A stretch of DNA of 64,000 nt from an uncultured Pseudomonadota bacterium. GTDB taxonomy: Bacteria; Pseudomonadota; Alphaproteobacteria; RF32; CAG-239. The notes below the pieces were generated by a model. It was not told the DNA's origin and ran no database searches. It saw nothing but the letters and a program-made list of their open reading frames with translations. The translations under genes were made by a program, and so were the position numbers. Positions 19,759 to 30,106 of the stretch are shown here, piece by piece. Each line of letters opens with the position of its first letter. The first letter of the stretch is position 1. The stretch spans positions 29,963-93,962 of the forward strand of contig CASEYY010000041.1 of the NCBI GenBank assembly GCA_949292335.1, written 5' to 3'.

Positions 19759-20877
19759 ATGAGATTTACTATTGAACGTGCTAATCTACTTAAAACTCTG
19801 AGCCATGTTCAGAGCATCGTGGAAAAAAGAAACACCATTCCGGTTCTCTCAAATGTAAGAATCGAAGCTTTGGGTGACGGTATAAGCTTTAAGGCTACCG
19901 ATATGGATACCGAAATCACCGAAATGGCTGATGCTAAAATTATCGAAACAGGTGCAACCACCGCTCCGGCTCATATGCTTTACGATATCGTACGCAAGCT
20001 TTCGGACGGATCACAGGTTGAGTTGATTTATCCTGATGATAAAGGCCAGCTTACAATATCTTCCGGTCGCTCCAAATTCTCGCTTTCAACCATTGCCGTA
20101 GAAGATTTTCCGGTTATTTCCGGTGATAAATTACCGACATCTTTTGTTATGGCCAAAGACGAATTAAAAGATGTTATTGACAGAACTCAATTCGCCGTTT
20201 CAACCGAAGAAACCAGATATTATTTAAATGGTTTGTTTGTTCATGCCAAAAAAGAAGGGGCTTCCGAAGTATTGCGTGTAGTTGCTACCGATGGTCACCG
20301 CTTGGCTTGCGTTGAAACTCCGCTACCTAAAGGTGCCGAAAACCTCAACGGTGTCATTATCCCAAGGAAAACCGTCGCCGAAATCAGAAAACTTATTGAC
20401 GATAACTCCGTGGAGAATGTTACGGTTGAAATATCGGAGAATAAGGTTCGCTTCTCAATTACCGATATTACTTTGACCTCTAAATTAATCGACGGTACTT
20501 ACCCCGATTACGAAAGAGTTATCCCGACCGATAATGATAAATCTTTGGAACTTAATGTTAAAGATTTGGCGGCCGCCGTTGACCGTGTATCGGTGGTAGC
20601 AGAAAGAACCAGAGCTATTAAAATGCTCACTCATCCAAACAAAATAACTATCGTAACTTCAAGTCCGGATTTGGGCAGTGCATCCGAGGATTTGGAAGCT
20701 AAATATGATGCCGAAGCTTTGGAAATCGGTTATAACTTCCGTTATCTCTTGGATATTTTGGCCGAAATTAAAGGCGATACCGTTAAAATTTCTTTTGCCG
20801 ACGCTTCTTCGCCTTCGGTTATCCATGATACATCGGATGCTAGTGCAATCTATGTTTTAATGCCAATGAGAGTATAA
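19759..20877 (+). CDS. dnaN: DNA polymerase III beta sliding clamp
   Basis: VEKRNTIPVLSN, STEETRYYLNG, ATDGHRLA, VLMPMRV. Confidence 0.98.
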   Translation: MRFTIERANLLKTLSHVQSIVEKRNTIPVLSNVRIEALGDGISFKATDMDTEITEMADAKIIETGATTAPAHMLYDIVRKLSDGSQVELIYPDDKGQLTISSGRSKFSLSTIAVEDFPVISGDKLPTSFVMAKDELKDVIDRTQFAVSTEETRYYLNGLFVHAKKEGASEVLRVVATDGHRLACVETPLPKGAENLNGVIIPRKTVAEIRKLIDDNSVENVTVEISENKVRFSITDITLTSKLIDGTYPDYERVIPTDNDKSLELNVKDLAAAVDRVSVVAERTRAIKMLTHPNKITIVTSSPDLGSASEDLEAKYDAEALEIGYNFRYLLDILAEIKGDTVKISFADASSPSVIHDTSDASAIYVLMPMRV

Positions 20878-22107
20878 ATGAATCAACTCGCATATAGTTT
20901 GGCCAGTTTAACTAAGTTAAAGTCAGGTGTAAAACGCCTGACTTTAACTGACTTTAGAAACTACCAATCTTTGCGTATTGAAGCCGAAATCGCTCCCATT
21001 GTTATATATGGCGAAAACGGAAGCGGTAAAACCAATATTTTGGAGGCAATCTCTTTTCTAACTCCGGGAAGAGGTCTCAGAGCTGCCAGACTGGCTGATA
21101 TAAAAAGATTTATTCCCCAAATTGCCGCCTCAAACGAAATATCTTTTATCTCTCCGCTTAATTGGGCGGTGGCCGCCGATATTTATTTGAACGACGAAGT
21201 AGTCAACATTGCTACGGCAGTCGAAAAGTCTAATCGCGAAACATCAGATGACTTTGAGAGTACAACTTCTTTTGAAAGAAGAATTGTTAAAATAAATGAG
21301 CAAAAAGCATCTTCGCAAGCCGAGTTGGGAAAATATTTTGCGGCAAATTGGATAACTCCGCAAATGGACAGGTTATTCAGGGGTGGAAGCCAACCCAGAA
21401 GAGCCTTTCTAGACAGGCTGGTATATGCCTTTGATTTTGAACATGGCAAAAGAACCGCAAATTTTGAACACTTGTATCGTGAGTGGTTTCGCCTGATAAA
21501 GTCAGGAAAATCGGACAATATCTGGCTTGATTCTCTAGAAGAAAAAATGGCCGCGGAAGGAGTTGCCATCGCAGCGGCCAGAAAAGAGCAAATTACCAGA
21601 CTTAACGCCTTTATCGAAAATGAGCCTGATGATGTATTTCCTTCGGTAAAGATGGAGCTTTGCGGTATCATCGAAAACGCTTTGGATAAAAAAGCCGCCG
21701 TGGAAGTTGAATTTGACTATAAAAACCTGATAGCCAAACAACGATATAAAGCAATGGAAAATGAATCTCCGGACGGCGTTAACAAAACCGATTTTAAGGT
21801 CTTCTTTAAAAAGAAAGGTATGCCTGCCGAGTTATGCTCTACCGGCGAACAGAAATCATTGCTTATCAGCATTATTTTAGCCCAAACCAAATGCCAGACC
21901 TTGCACCAAGGATTTGCTCCGGTTATGTTGCTTGATGAAGTTGCGGCTCACCTTGATGATATAAAAAAAGAGGCTTTACTGAAAAAAATTAAAGATTTGG
22001 GTATTCAAGCTTGGATTACCACTACCAATCCGGAAATTTTTGCTTCCATTAAAAATGACGCACAGTTCTTTTGCCTAAAAAATAATAAGCTGCTGCAAAC
22101 AGATTAA
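20878..22107 (+). CDS. recF: DNA replication/repair protein RecF
   Basis: FRNY, GENGSGKTNILEA, STGEQK, LLDEVAAHLD. Confidence 0.95.
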   Translation: MNQLAYSLASLTKLKSGVKRLTLTDFRNYQSLRIEAEIAPIVIYGENGSGKTNILEAISFLTPGRGLRAARLADIKRFIPQIAASNEISFISPLNWAVAADIYLNDEVVNIATAVEKSNRETSDDFESTTSFERRIVKINEQKASSQAELGKYFAANWITPQMDRLFRGGSQPRRAFLDRLVYAFDFEHGKRTANFEHLYREWFRLIKSGKSDNIWLDSLEEKMAAEGVAIAAARKEQITRLNAFIENEPDDVFPSVKMELCGIIENALDKKAAVEVEFDYKNLIAKQRYKAMENESPDGVNKTDFKVFFKKKGMPAELCSTGEQKSLLISIILAQTKCQTLHQGFAPVMLLDEVAAHLDDIKKEALLKKIKDLGIQAWITTTNPEIFASIKNDAQFFCLKNNKLLQTD

Positions 22108-22133
22108 AATAAAAAAATAATCATCATAAAAAC

Positions 22134-22243
22134 GAATCGCTGCAACGATTTGCGGAGAATCGTCGGTTTTGTTTGCGGGAATCGGTAATTTTTTGTTAAG
22201 CATTGTTAAATAGAATCGACCATGTAATACTGATTCGCGATTC
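22134..22243 (+). promoter_or_regulatory. GANTC cluster (6 sites) and CtrA-like promoter upstream of autotransporter 1
   Basis: GANTC at 22134, 22157, 22179, 22213, 22232, 22239; GTAA-N7-TTAA (22185-22199)-N11-TAGAAT. Confidence 0.7.
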
Positions 22244-22286
22244 TGTTTACGGTGTGACTTTTATGTTGGTTGTTGAAAAAAAATAT

Positions 22287-25200
22287 ATGCTTTTTACAAG
22301 CCGGGCTTTGGCAACATTACTGTTGCTTTACGGAAGCTCCGCTTTGGCCGTTGAGGAAAGCAAAGATGTTTCCTCAGGTGAAACCGTAAACGACTTAACC
22401 ATTTCTACCGACGATACGGCCGACTACGCAATACTCAATGTAAACAGCGGGGGTACGGCTCAAAACACTACCGTAAGTACCGATGGTGTTATGTATGTGG
22501 CCGGTTCGGCAACGCAAATAACCGTAAACAACCAAGGTGCTGTTGGAGTACAATCCGGCGGAATTGCAAATGACATTTCCTTAGATGAAGGATACTTGAA
22601 TGTTTCTGGTAGCGGCTCGGCGACCAATGTCACAGCTACCAACAATAGTACTATCGATGCTTCTGAAAGCGGAGCTAATATATCCGGTTTAACGATGGAT
22701 TCTTCAAGCAATTTCTATTTTTCGACCAATATTGAATTGTCTGCGGCAACTCTTGACGGTAGTGATATGGGAAGCATAAGTGCCAGTACAGCTACAGATT
22801 TGGTCATCAATAAAGGATCAAACCTTGAAGTAGACAGCGGCGGGTCTGCTAACAACACGACCGTCAACGGCGGAAGTCTTGATGTTATAAATGGTGCCTT
22901 AATTACCGACACCACGGTAAATAGCGGCGGCACGGTAAATGTTACCTCGGGCTCGGCCGATACGATTACGGTGACCGAAAGCGGAACCGTCAATGTTGAC
23001 AGCTCCTCTACCGTAACCGATGTTACTTTAACCGGAACCGATAGCGATAATCTGGCAGTTATCAATATTAACGGAGGAACCGCACAGAGTACTACCCTTA
23101 ACCAATTTAGCGAGATGAATGTAAACTCCGGCTTGGCCGAACAAACTTCCGTCGGAAATAATGCCGTTATCAATGTCAACGGAGGAACGGCAAATAATAC
23201 AACCATACAAAGCGGCGGAACCATTAATGCTACTGCCGCCGGAGTAACCATATCAGATGTTACACTGGAAGACGGAAGTATATTTAATTTTTCAACCGAC
23301 GTTTATATCACAGATGTAAAAGCCGCCGACGGCTCGGTCACGGGTGCAACAGTCGAAAATAATACAGCTTCCGGATTTAATATTACCGATGGTTCAAACT
23401 TAACGGCAAATGCAGGCGGAACTATTACAAATTCCACGGTCAGCGGGGGAACGGCAACCGTGGAAAATAACGGTACCATTATTGATACGACTTTCGAAAA
23501 CGGAGGCACCTTGGTAGCAAATCAAGCAGGTGCTCAAGTGGGAAACGGTGTTGTAATTGACACTGATACCGGTGCCGGTTTTAATTTGTCGACCTCGGCT
23601 ACGGTTAATGGCTTAACTTATGGGACACAAACCATAAATATTACCGATAATTCAACTTCTGATTTTGACATCTTAGCGGGATCGACACTGGCTGTTGACA
23701 ATGCCGGCACTGCTTCAAATATTAATGTTAACGGTGGCACACTTAATGTAAATTCCGGCGGAACCACAAATACCATAACCGTCAATTCGGGACAAATGAA
23801 TATTGATGCCGCTGCGGCTTACAATACCGTAATCAACAATTCTGCCGTCGTTGCCGCAACCGGCAATTCTAGCTTATCTGATACAAATATTAATTCCGGC
23901 GGAACACTAAACATTAGTTCAGGTACTGCGGCAAACACACTATACATCGGAAACGGCGGAGTATTGAATGTCAATCAAGACGCAACGGCAAATGATATTA
24001 ATGTGAGCGGAACGGCAAATATTAACAACGGAGGATTCGCTTCGGATGTTACGATTAATAATGCCGGTATTTTGAATGTTGCGAATGGGGCAACAGCCTC
24101 AACGGTCACGACCAACAATGGCGGTATCCTTGTTACATCGGCAGGTGCCACCGTTGATAATCTTACCGCTAATGCAAATTCCATACTCAATTTGGGCACC
24201 GGAACAATACTCAAAAATGCTTTGGTAATCGACAAAGATGCAAATACCGCCGGTTCATCTCTTGACTTCGGCAATTTGTTCGGAACCGGTACACAGCTTA
24301 CTTCTTTAACCTTAACCAATGGCGTAAATGAGGCTTTCGGCGGAGAACTTACCAGCCAAGCCGCAACAGACACCTCTTTAACCCTTTCCAACGGAAATTA
24401 TATTATTTCCGATAATGGCCAGAACGGCACCGTGCAAGTGAGCGGATGGAACAATGTTACTCTTGCAGAAGCAACCGTAAGATTGGAATCCGATGTTACC
24501 TTAAACGGAACAGAACAGAACTTTATTATTAATAACGGAGCAACCCTTGATGTGTCCGGAACTTTAGGAAATGTCATAAATGCTTCAATCAACGGTAACT
24601 TGGTTAATAACGGTACGGTTGATTTTAGTTTAACTTCCGACGGAAGTGCAAATGATATTCTTAACATATCCGGAAATCTTACCGGTGCTACCGGTTCAAA
24701 TATTGTAATGAACATAAACACCTTGGCAAATTCTTCCGACAAACTGGTTGTTGGGGGGCAGGTGTCAGGTTCTAACAGTATTTATTTTAAGACATCTTCT
24801 ACCGCTTTGCCATCTGCAAACATCCTTTTCGCCGAAGCTACCGGCGGAATGGCCGATGCTTTCAGTATCTGGAGAGTGGAAGGGTCTCCTTATGCTTGGG
24901 ATGTATTATTTGAAAATAATAAATGGTATGCTTATGTCACAAACGGCAATCAACCGGATGTCGTGCCGGAGATGGCTGCTTATTATGGATTAATTGATAA
25001 TATGTTTATGCAGACTACCAACTTAGGAGCAAATTTACGGAACCTGATGACAGAAAGTTCGTTCCGTAAGGCTCCTTGTAGGGTTCCTAATAATCTTAAA
25101 TACACCAACCGTATTTGTTATAGCAATCGTCCAGTCCTTTCGGGTTGGTTCGCTCCGGTATATAGTTCGGCCGAGGTAAAATCTCCGTATAATTATGAAG

Positions 25201-25925
25201 CCTCTCTATATGGGGCTGACGGCGGACTGGATATACTGGGTGACGGAAATACCAAATTCGGTATTATGGCTTCCTATCGCAACGGTTCTTATAATTTTGA
25301 CGATAACGGTACTAATTACGCTATTACAAATTCTGCCGAAACAACTCTTAACTCTTATATGGGCGGTATTTACATAAGACACGATAGTAATTATCTGTCT
25401 TTGATTGCCGCAGCTTATGCCGGTAAAGTTGATGCCGATATCTCTACCGATGACAGGGTCAGTGCCGATACATCCGCTACCGTGACCGGTGCAACCCTTG
25501 ATGTTAATTATATTTGGCAAAACATCAGCGGATTCCGCATTGAACCGGGGGTTAGAATTTCTTATACTAGGTTAGCGGTTGATGATCTTAACGATAATGC
25601 CGGAAAATCCGTTGACTTTGGTAACAGCTCAAGAATTGAAGCCGAAGCCGGAATTAAATTTGCTCAAAGATGGGAATTCCGCGACGCAAAGGCCGAGATT
25701 TTCTTTAGACCGGCAATCTTGCAAACCATAAATGACGGTAATGATTTTGAGCTGATTATCGATAGATATTTCGAATCTCTGGAAGATCGCACCCTTACCA
25801 GACTTGAACTGGGTACTTCTTTTGATATGCTTGGTAACTGGAGTGCGGCAATGTCGGGAGCTTACACCTTTGATTCCGACTACAGCGATATCTCCGCTAA
25901 ATTAAGCCTGCAGTATAATTTCTAG
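22287..25925 (+). CDS. AIDA-I/Ag43-like autotransporter adhesin 1
   Basis: Signal peptide MLFTSRALATLLLLYGSSALA (alternative start 22263); many TTVNxGG beta-helix repeats; C-terminal beta-barrel ending LQYNF. Confidence 0.85.
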   Translation: MLFTSRALATLLLLYGSSALAVEESKDVSSGETVNDLTISTDDTADYAILNVNSGGTAQNTTVSTDGVMYVAGSATQITVNNQGAVGVQSGGIANDISLDEGYLNVSGSGSATNVTATNNSTIDASESGANISGLTMDSSSNFYFSTNIELSAATLDGSDMGSISASTATDLVINKGSNLEVDSGGSANNTTVNGGSLDVINGALITDTTVNSGGTVNVTSGSADTITVTESGTVNVDSSSTVTDVTLTGTDSDNLAVININGGTAQSTTLNQFSEMNVNSGLAEQTSVGNNAVINVNGGTANNTTIQSGGTINATAAGVTISDVTLEDGSIFNFSTDVYITDVKAADGSVTGATVENNTASGFNITDGSNLTANAGGTITNSTVSGGTATVENNGTIIDTTFENGGTLVANQAGAQVGNGVVIDTDTGAGFNLSTSATVNGLTYGTQTINITDNSTSDFDILAGSTLAVDNAGTASNINVNGGTLNVNSGGTTNTITVNSGQMNIDAAAAYNTVINNSAVVAATGNSSLSDTNINSGGTLNISSGTAANTLYIGNGGVLNVNQDATANDINVSGTANINNGGFASDVTINNAGILNVANGATASTVTTNNGGILVTSAGATVDNLTANANSILNLGTGTILKNALVIDKDANTAGSSLDFGNLFGTGTQLTSLTLTNGVNEAFGGELTSQAATDTSLTLSNGNYIISDNGQNGTVQVSGWNNVTLAEATVRLESDVTLNGTEQNFIINNGATLDVSGTLGNVINASINGNLVNNGTVDFSLTSDGSANDILNISGNLTGATGSNIVMNINTLANSSDKLVVGGQVSGSNSIYFKTSSTALPSANILFAEATGGMADAFSIWRVEGSPYAWDVLFENNKWYAYVTNGNQPDVVPEMAAYYGLIDNMFMQTTNLGANLRNLMTESSFRKAPCRVPNNLKYTNRICYSNRPVLSGWFAPVYSSAEVKSPYNYEASLYGADGGLDILGDGNTKFGIMASYRNGSYNFDDNGTNYAITNSAETTLNSYMGGIYIRHDSNYLSLIAAAYAGKVDADISTDDRVSADTSATVTGATLDVNYIWQNISGFRIEPGVRISYTRLAVDDLNDNAGKSVDFGNSSRIEAEAGIKFAQRWEFRDAKAEIFFRPAILQTINDGNDFELIIDRYFESLEDRTLTRLELGTSFDMLGNWSAAMSGAYTFDSDYSDISAKLSLQYNF

Positions 25926-27673
25926 TTTGATTGAATATATCCGTCGGATTGCATTTTAAACAGCTGGGCATAACGACCTTTTTGCCGCAATAAGCTAAGG
26001 TGCGAACCTTGTTCTACTATTTTGCCGTTTTCCAAAACAATTATCCTGTCCATTTCGCGAAGCGTGGAAAGGCGGTGGGCTATAGCTATTACCGTTTTGT
26101 TTTTCATCAAGATTTTTAGGGATTCTTGAATATATTTTTCGCTTTCGCTGTCAAGTGATGAGGTCGCTTCATCGAAAATCAGAATCGGTGCATTTTTTAG
26201 CAAAGCTCTGGCGATAGCTATTCTTTGTCTTTCGCCGCCGGATAAAATAACTCCTCGGTCCCCGACTTTGGTCTGATATTTGTCGGGAAACTTTTCTATA
26301 AACTTATCGGCGGAGGCTTGTTTGGCTGCTTTTATTACCTCGGCTTCGTCGGCTTGAGGATTACCGTATTTTATATTATCAGCCAAGCTGCGATTGAATA
26401 AACAAACATCCTGCGGTATAACCGATATATGCTTGTGCAGAGAATCTTGCGTAATATCTCTGATATCATGGCCGTTGATGGTAATACTTCCATTTTTTAC
26501 ATCAAAATAGCGGTCAATAAGCTTTATCAAGGTCGATTTGCCGGCTCCTGATGAACCAACAATGCCAACCTTTTCGCCGGCTTTTATGGTAAGATTAAAA
26601 TTTTCAAATATTACCTGTTGGTCAGAGTAGAAAAATCCCACATCCTTAAATCTTACCGAGGCGGTTTTAATATTGAGCTCTTTTGCTCCGCCAGAATCTA
26701 CTATTTCGGGCTCAACAGCCAAAGTTTCCAGTGCCGAATCTATTTGCCCGAAAAGACGCGACATATTGTTAAAAGCCCAGTTTACCGCAAATACAACTCC
26801 GCTTAGACGCCCGAATATCGTCAACAGAAAAATAAAATCTGTCGTTCCGATGTTCTTAAAATACAGCAAACCCAGACTTACAAAAACAAAAAATGCAACC
26901 GACGAATCGGCAATCAATGAAAGATATAGGTTCATTAGGCATTTTTGCTTTTGCTCTTTACTTTCGGCTTGTCGCCATTGCCGCAGATTTTTAAGCAAAT
27001 TGCTGCGTTCGTACTTATAGTTGGCAAAGCTTTTTATCTCGGAATAATTGGCTATCGAATCTATAACCACCGCACTGCAACGGCTTTGCTGACTTGAAGT
27101 TTGCTTTGACAAGGCAGCACGGCGACAACCAAAATAGCGACCGGCGAAAAACATTATAACCAGCCATAAAACCAAAACGATACTCAGAATCGGGCTTATC
27201 CAAATTAAGATGCCTAAATTGACCAGCAAAAAGCAAAAATCAAACAAAACATTGCCCGATTGCATAAAGAAATCAACAACTCCGCTCTGCAATAAACCGA
27301 ATTTGTTAGATATGTTGCCGGCCATTTCATTGGTAAAATACGAAATTGAGTGTTTGTTTACATATGCAAAAACATCTTTGATTACAACTGAGCGAAGATG
27401 AGGTATTAATCTGGAAGCTATCCACATACTCAAGGCCTGTCCGCATGAGCCGATTAAGGATAATGAAATCGTAAACAACAGTAATTTTATCAGAGTTTCC
27501 CAATATTGCGGATTGGAAACTTCGGAAGAAGCGAAACTAAAAACACTGGCTAAAACATAAGCTCCGGATTGTATAGCTAAGCGAGATAATATCGCCGTGA
27601 GCAAAACCATTAATAAAATATACTTAAAATCTTTGAGATAGCTCCAGATAAATTTTGCGGCGGTTTTTTGCAT
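25922..27673 (-). CDS. ABC exporter, fused permease/ATP-binding protein
   Basis: TM domain plus GSSGAGKST, LSGGERQR, DEATSSLD, IAHRL. Confidence 0.92.
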   Translation of the reverse strand: MQKTAAKFIWSYLKDFKYILLMVLLTAILSRLAIQSGAYVLASVFSFASSEVSNPQYWETLIKLLLFTISLSLIGSCGQALSMWIASRLIPHLRSVVIKDVFAYVNKHSISYFTNEMAGNISNKFGLLQSGVVDFFMQSGNVLFDFCFLLVNLGILIWISPILSIVLVLWLVIMFFAGRYFGCRRAALSKQTSSQQSRCSAVVIDSIANYSEIKSFANYKYERSNLLKNLRQWRQAESKEQKQKCLMNLYLSLIADSSVAFFVFVSLGLLYFKNIGTTDFIFLLTIFGRLSGVVFAVNWAFNNMSRLFGQIDSALETLAVEPEIVDSGGAKELNIKTASVRFKDVGFFYSDQQVIFENFNLTIKAGEKVGIVGSSGAGKSTLIKLIDRYFDVKNGSITINGHDIRDITQDSLHKHISVIPQDVCLFNRSLADNIKYGNPQADEAEVIKAAKQASADKFIEKFPDKYQTKVGDRGVILSGGERQRIAIARALLKNAPILIFDEATSSLDSESEKYIQESLKILMKNKTVIAIAHRLSTLREMDRIIVLENGKIVEQGSHLSLLRQKGRYAQLFKMQSDGYIQSN

Positions 27674-27797
27674 TTTTCTTAACCTAAAATTGACAGTTTG
27701 GTGATATTGTTATACCATCGTAGAAGTTTTTGTGCAATATATTGCATTCTTGATACACAATCATCTGCCCTTTGGGCAGAAAATAAAGGACAATAAA

Positions 27798-28196
27798 ATG
27801 ATCGGATTAGTTTTGGTTACTCACGGAAATCTGGCCAACGAATTTATTTCGGCTATGCAACATGTCGTCGGGCCTCAGGAGCAGGTGCGTGCGGTATGTA
27901 TCGGTCCGGAAGATGACATGGAAATGCGGCGAAACGAAATTTTGCAAAAGGTTGAAGAAGTTAACAGCGGTCAGGGCGTGGTGTTGTTGACCGATATGTT
28001 TGGCGGTACTCCTTCTAATTTGGCTTTGTCGGTTATGGATAGAGCAAATGTTGAAATTTTGGCCGGAATTAACTTGCCGATGTTGATTAAAATTGCTTCG
28101 TTGCGAAAAGACTGCGATATGAAAAAAACCGTTGAGGGTGCTCAGGAAGCAGGCAAAAAATATATTAATATCGCATCGCAATTATTGGGTAAATAA
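27798..28196 (+). CDS. PTS EIIA, mannose-family (ManX/PtsM-like)
   Basis: MIGLVLVTHG, LTDMFGGTPSN, GINLPM; AAGGA RBS before the ATG at 27798. Confidence 0.9.
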   Translation: MIGLVLVTHGNLANEFISAMQHVVGPQEQVRAVCIGPEDDMEMRRNEILQKVEEVNSGQGVVLLTDMFGGTPSNLALSVMDRANVEILAGINLPMLIKIASLRKDCDMKKTVEGAQEAGKKYINIASQLLGK

Positions 28197-28197
28197 G

Positions 28198-28473
28198 ATG
28201 ACTGATAAATTAGTTAAAGATTTAGAAATTAAAAACATTAAAGGTTTGCACGCCCGTGCCGCCGCCGCCTTTGTAAAAACCGTAGAACCTTTTGACGCTA
28301 CCGTCGAAGTTGAAAGAATCGGACAGTGTGTCAGCGGTACTTCAATCATGGGATTGATGATGCTGGCGGCCTCGAAAGGAACTACCATTAAAGTATCAAC
28401 CTCTGGTAAACAGGCAACTGAGGTTATGAAAGCCATTGAGGAGTTGTTAAATAACAAATTCGGAGAAGAGTAA
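28198..28473 (+). CDS. ptsH: Phosphocarrier protein HPr/NPr
   Basis: GLHARAAA, SIMGLMML, ends KFGEE. Confidence 0.9.
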   Translation: MTDKLVKDLEIKNIKGLHARAAAAFVKTVEPFDATVEVERIGQCVSGTSIMGLMMLAASKGTTIKVSTSGKQATEVMKAIEELLNNKFGEE

Positions 28474-29397
28474 GTGGCTAAGCTTAAAGCTCCCAGAAAT
28501 AAAACTCTTTCTTTAAGCCCTGCGGAAACTAATCTTCTGCTTAAAAATGCCGTTAAGCTAAAAAACAAAGCTAATTTTGAAGGGGTAGAAAATCGCATCA
28601 TTTGGCAAGACGCCTTTAAGGCTATAGATTTGTTACCGGACAAATGTGTAGATTTGGTGGTTACCGACCCGCCTTATAATCTGACTAAAAACTTTGGTTC
28701 ATCAACTTTTCGTGAGATGAAAAATGATGAGTATTTGTCTTGGTTGGATAAGTGGCTAAAAAAGTTATCCAGAATCCTAAAAGATGATGCTTCTTTGTAT
28801 ATTTGTGCCGACTGGAAAACTTCGATTGCCGTGCCTTATGTCGCCGGAAAATATTTTGTTTTGCAAAATCGTATTTCTTGGGAACGCGAAAAGGGTCGCG
28901 GGGCAAAAAATAATTGGAAAAACTGCCTTGAAGATATTTGGTTCTTTACCAAGAGCAAAAATTACAAATTTAATCTCGATAAAGTTAAAATCTTAAGAAA
29001 AGTTATTGCTCCGTATCGCAATGAGGAAGGTAGTCCAAAAGATTGGTTCTCCCAAGGAAACGAAAAAATGCGACTTACTCATCCTTCTAACATTTGGACC
29101 GATATATCGGTGCCGTTTTGGTCAATGAGCGAAAATACCCAACACCCAACTCAGAAGCCCGAAAAACTTATTGCGAAACTTATTTTGGCCTCCTCCGATG
29201 AAGGCGATGTCGTCTTTGATCCGTTTGTAGGCTCGGGAACCACCGCCGTGGTGGCAAAAAAATTAAACCGCAAATTTATTGCCATCGAAAAGGAAAAAGA
29301 ATATGTCGCTCTTACTTTGAAAAGACTCGAATTGGCCGAAGAAAACCAGCAAATTCAGGGCTTTGAAAACGGCGTCTTCAGGCCGCGAAACGGTTGA
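28474..29397 (+). CDS. Orphan beta-class N4/N6 DNA methyltransferase
   Basis: DPPY precedes HPTQKP and DPFVGSGTT; no adjacent endonuclease. Confidence 0.9.
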   Translation: MAKLKAPRNKTLSLSPAETNLLLKNAVKLKNKANFEGVENRIIWQDAFKAIDLLPDKCVDLVVTDPPYNLTKNFGSSTFREMKNDEYLSWLDKWLKKLSRILKDDASLYICADWKTSIAVPYVAGKYFVLQNRISWEREKGRGAKNNWKNCLEDIWFFTKSKNYKFNLDKVKILRKVIAPYRNEEGSPKDWFSQGNEKMRLTHPSNIWTDISVPFWSMSENTQHPTQKPEKLIAKLILASSDEGDVVFDPFVGSGTTAVVAKKLNRKFIAIEKEKEYVALTLKRLELAEENQQIQGFENGVFRPRNG

Positions 29398-29495
29398 TGT
29401 AATCAACCTCTTTTTGAAAAACATTAAGTTTATCTGGACTTTAAGGCGAAAAATCTTATATTAATCTGCAGAATATGTTTTGCGGAGTTGTAAAA

Positions 29496-30104
29496 ATGAA
29501 AAAATTTCTGACCTTGCTGTTTTGTTTATTTGCTTCTGTAGCTCAAGCCCAAACCTCCGAGGATATCCAAAAAATCGAAAACTACCTCAATAACATAAAA
29601 AGTATGGAAGCAACCTTTGTGCAAATGGCCTCTAACGGAGCTACCGCCGAAGGCCGCTTGTTTATTAAAAAACCAAATAAAATCCGCATGGAATACGCTG
29701 AGCCGACCAATGTCTTAATAGTCGGCGACGGTGATTTTATCATATATAACGACATCGACTTAGACCAAGTGACACATATTGACTACGACGATATTCCGGC
29801 CTCTTTAATCCTTTCCAACCAAATAAAAATCGATGGTGATAAACTCAAAGTTATTGATTTTTACAAAGATTCCGGATCGACCTTGATTACCTTGGACTAT
29901 ACCGAAAAAGGGGATATCGGACCGATAACTCTTATTTTCTCAAACTCTCCATTTGAGCTTAAACAATGGAAAATAGTAGACCCGCAAAGCGTAGAGGTCA
30001 CCGTTTCTTTGTATGACACCAAAAAAGATATTGAAATACCGGAGGATGTGTTCAAATTTAAAAATCCTAAAAATTCTTCGCGCAACTTCAAAAAGAAAAA
30101 GTAA
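29496..30104 (+). CDS. lolA: Outer-membrane lipoprotein carrier LolA family
   Basis: Signal peptide; ATFVQ, KPNKIRMEY, LKQWKIVDPQ. Confidence 0.8.
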   Translation: MKKFLTLLFCLFASVAQAQTSEDIQKIENYLNNIKSMEATFVQMASNGATAEGRLFIKKPNKIRMEYAEPTNVLIVGDGDFIIYNDIDLDQVTHIDYDDIPASLILSNQIKIDGDKLKVIDFYKDSGSTLITLDYTEKGDIGPITLIFSNSPFELKQWKIVDPQSVEVTVSLYDTKKDIEIPEDVFKFKNPKNSSRNFKKKK

Positions 30105-30106
30105 AA

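Noticed and set aside
22276-22283. A8 tract (and A7 near 48536) as slipped-strand phase variation of the autotransporters
   Set aside because: A7-A8 runs are common throughout the window, and this one lies upstream of the likely start codon.
22400-24200. CRISPR-like or DNA tandem repeats in the autotransporter passenger
   Set aside because: The repeats are degenerate and protein-level (beta-helix), with no identical DNA repeats and spacers.
28474-29397. Calling the methyltransferase ccrM
   Set aside because: Lacks the CcrM-specific motifs and C-terminal domain.
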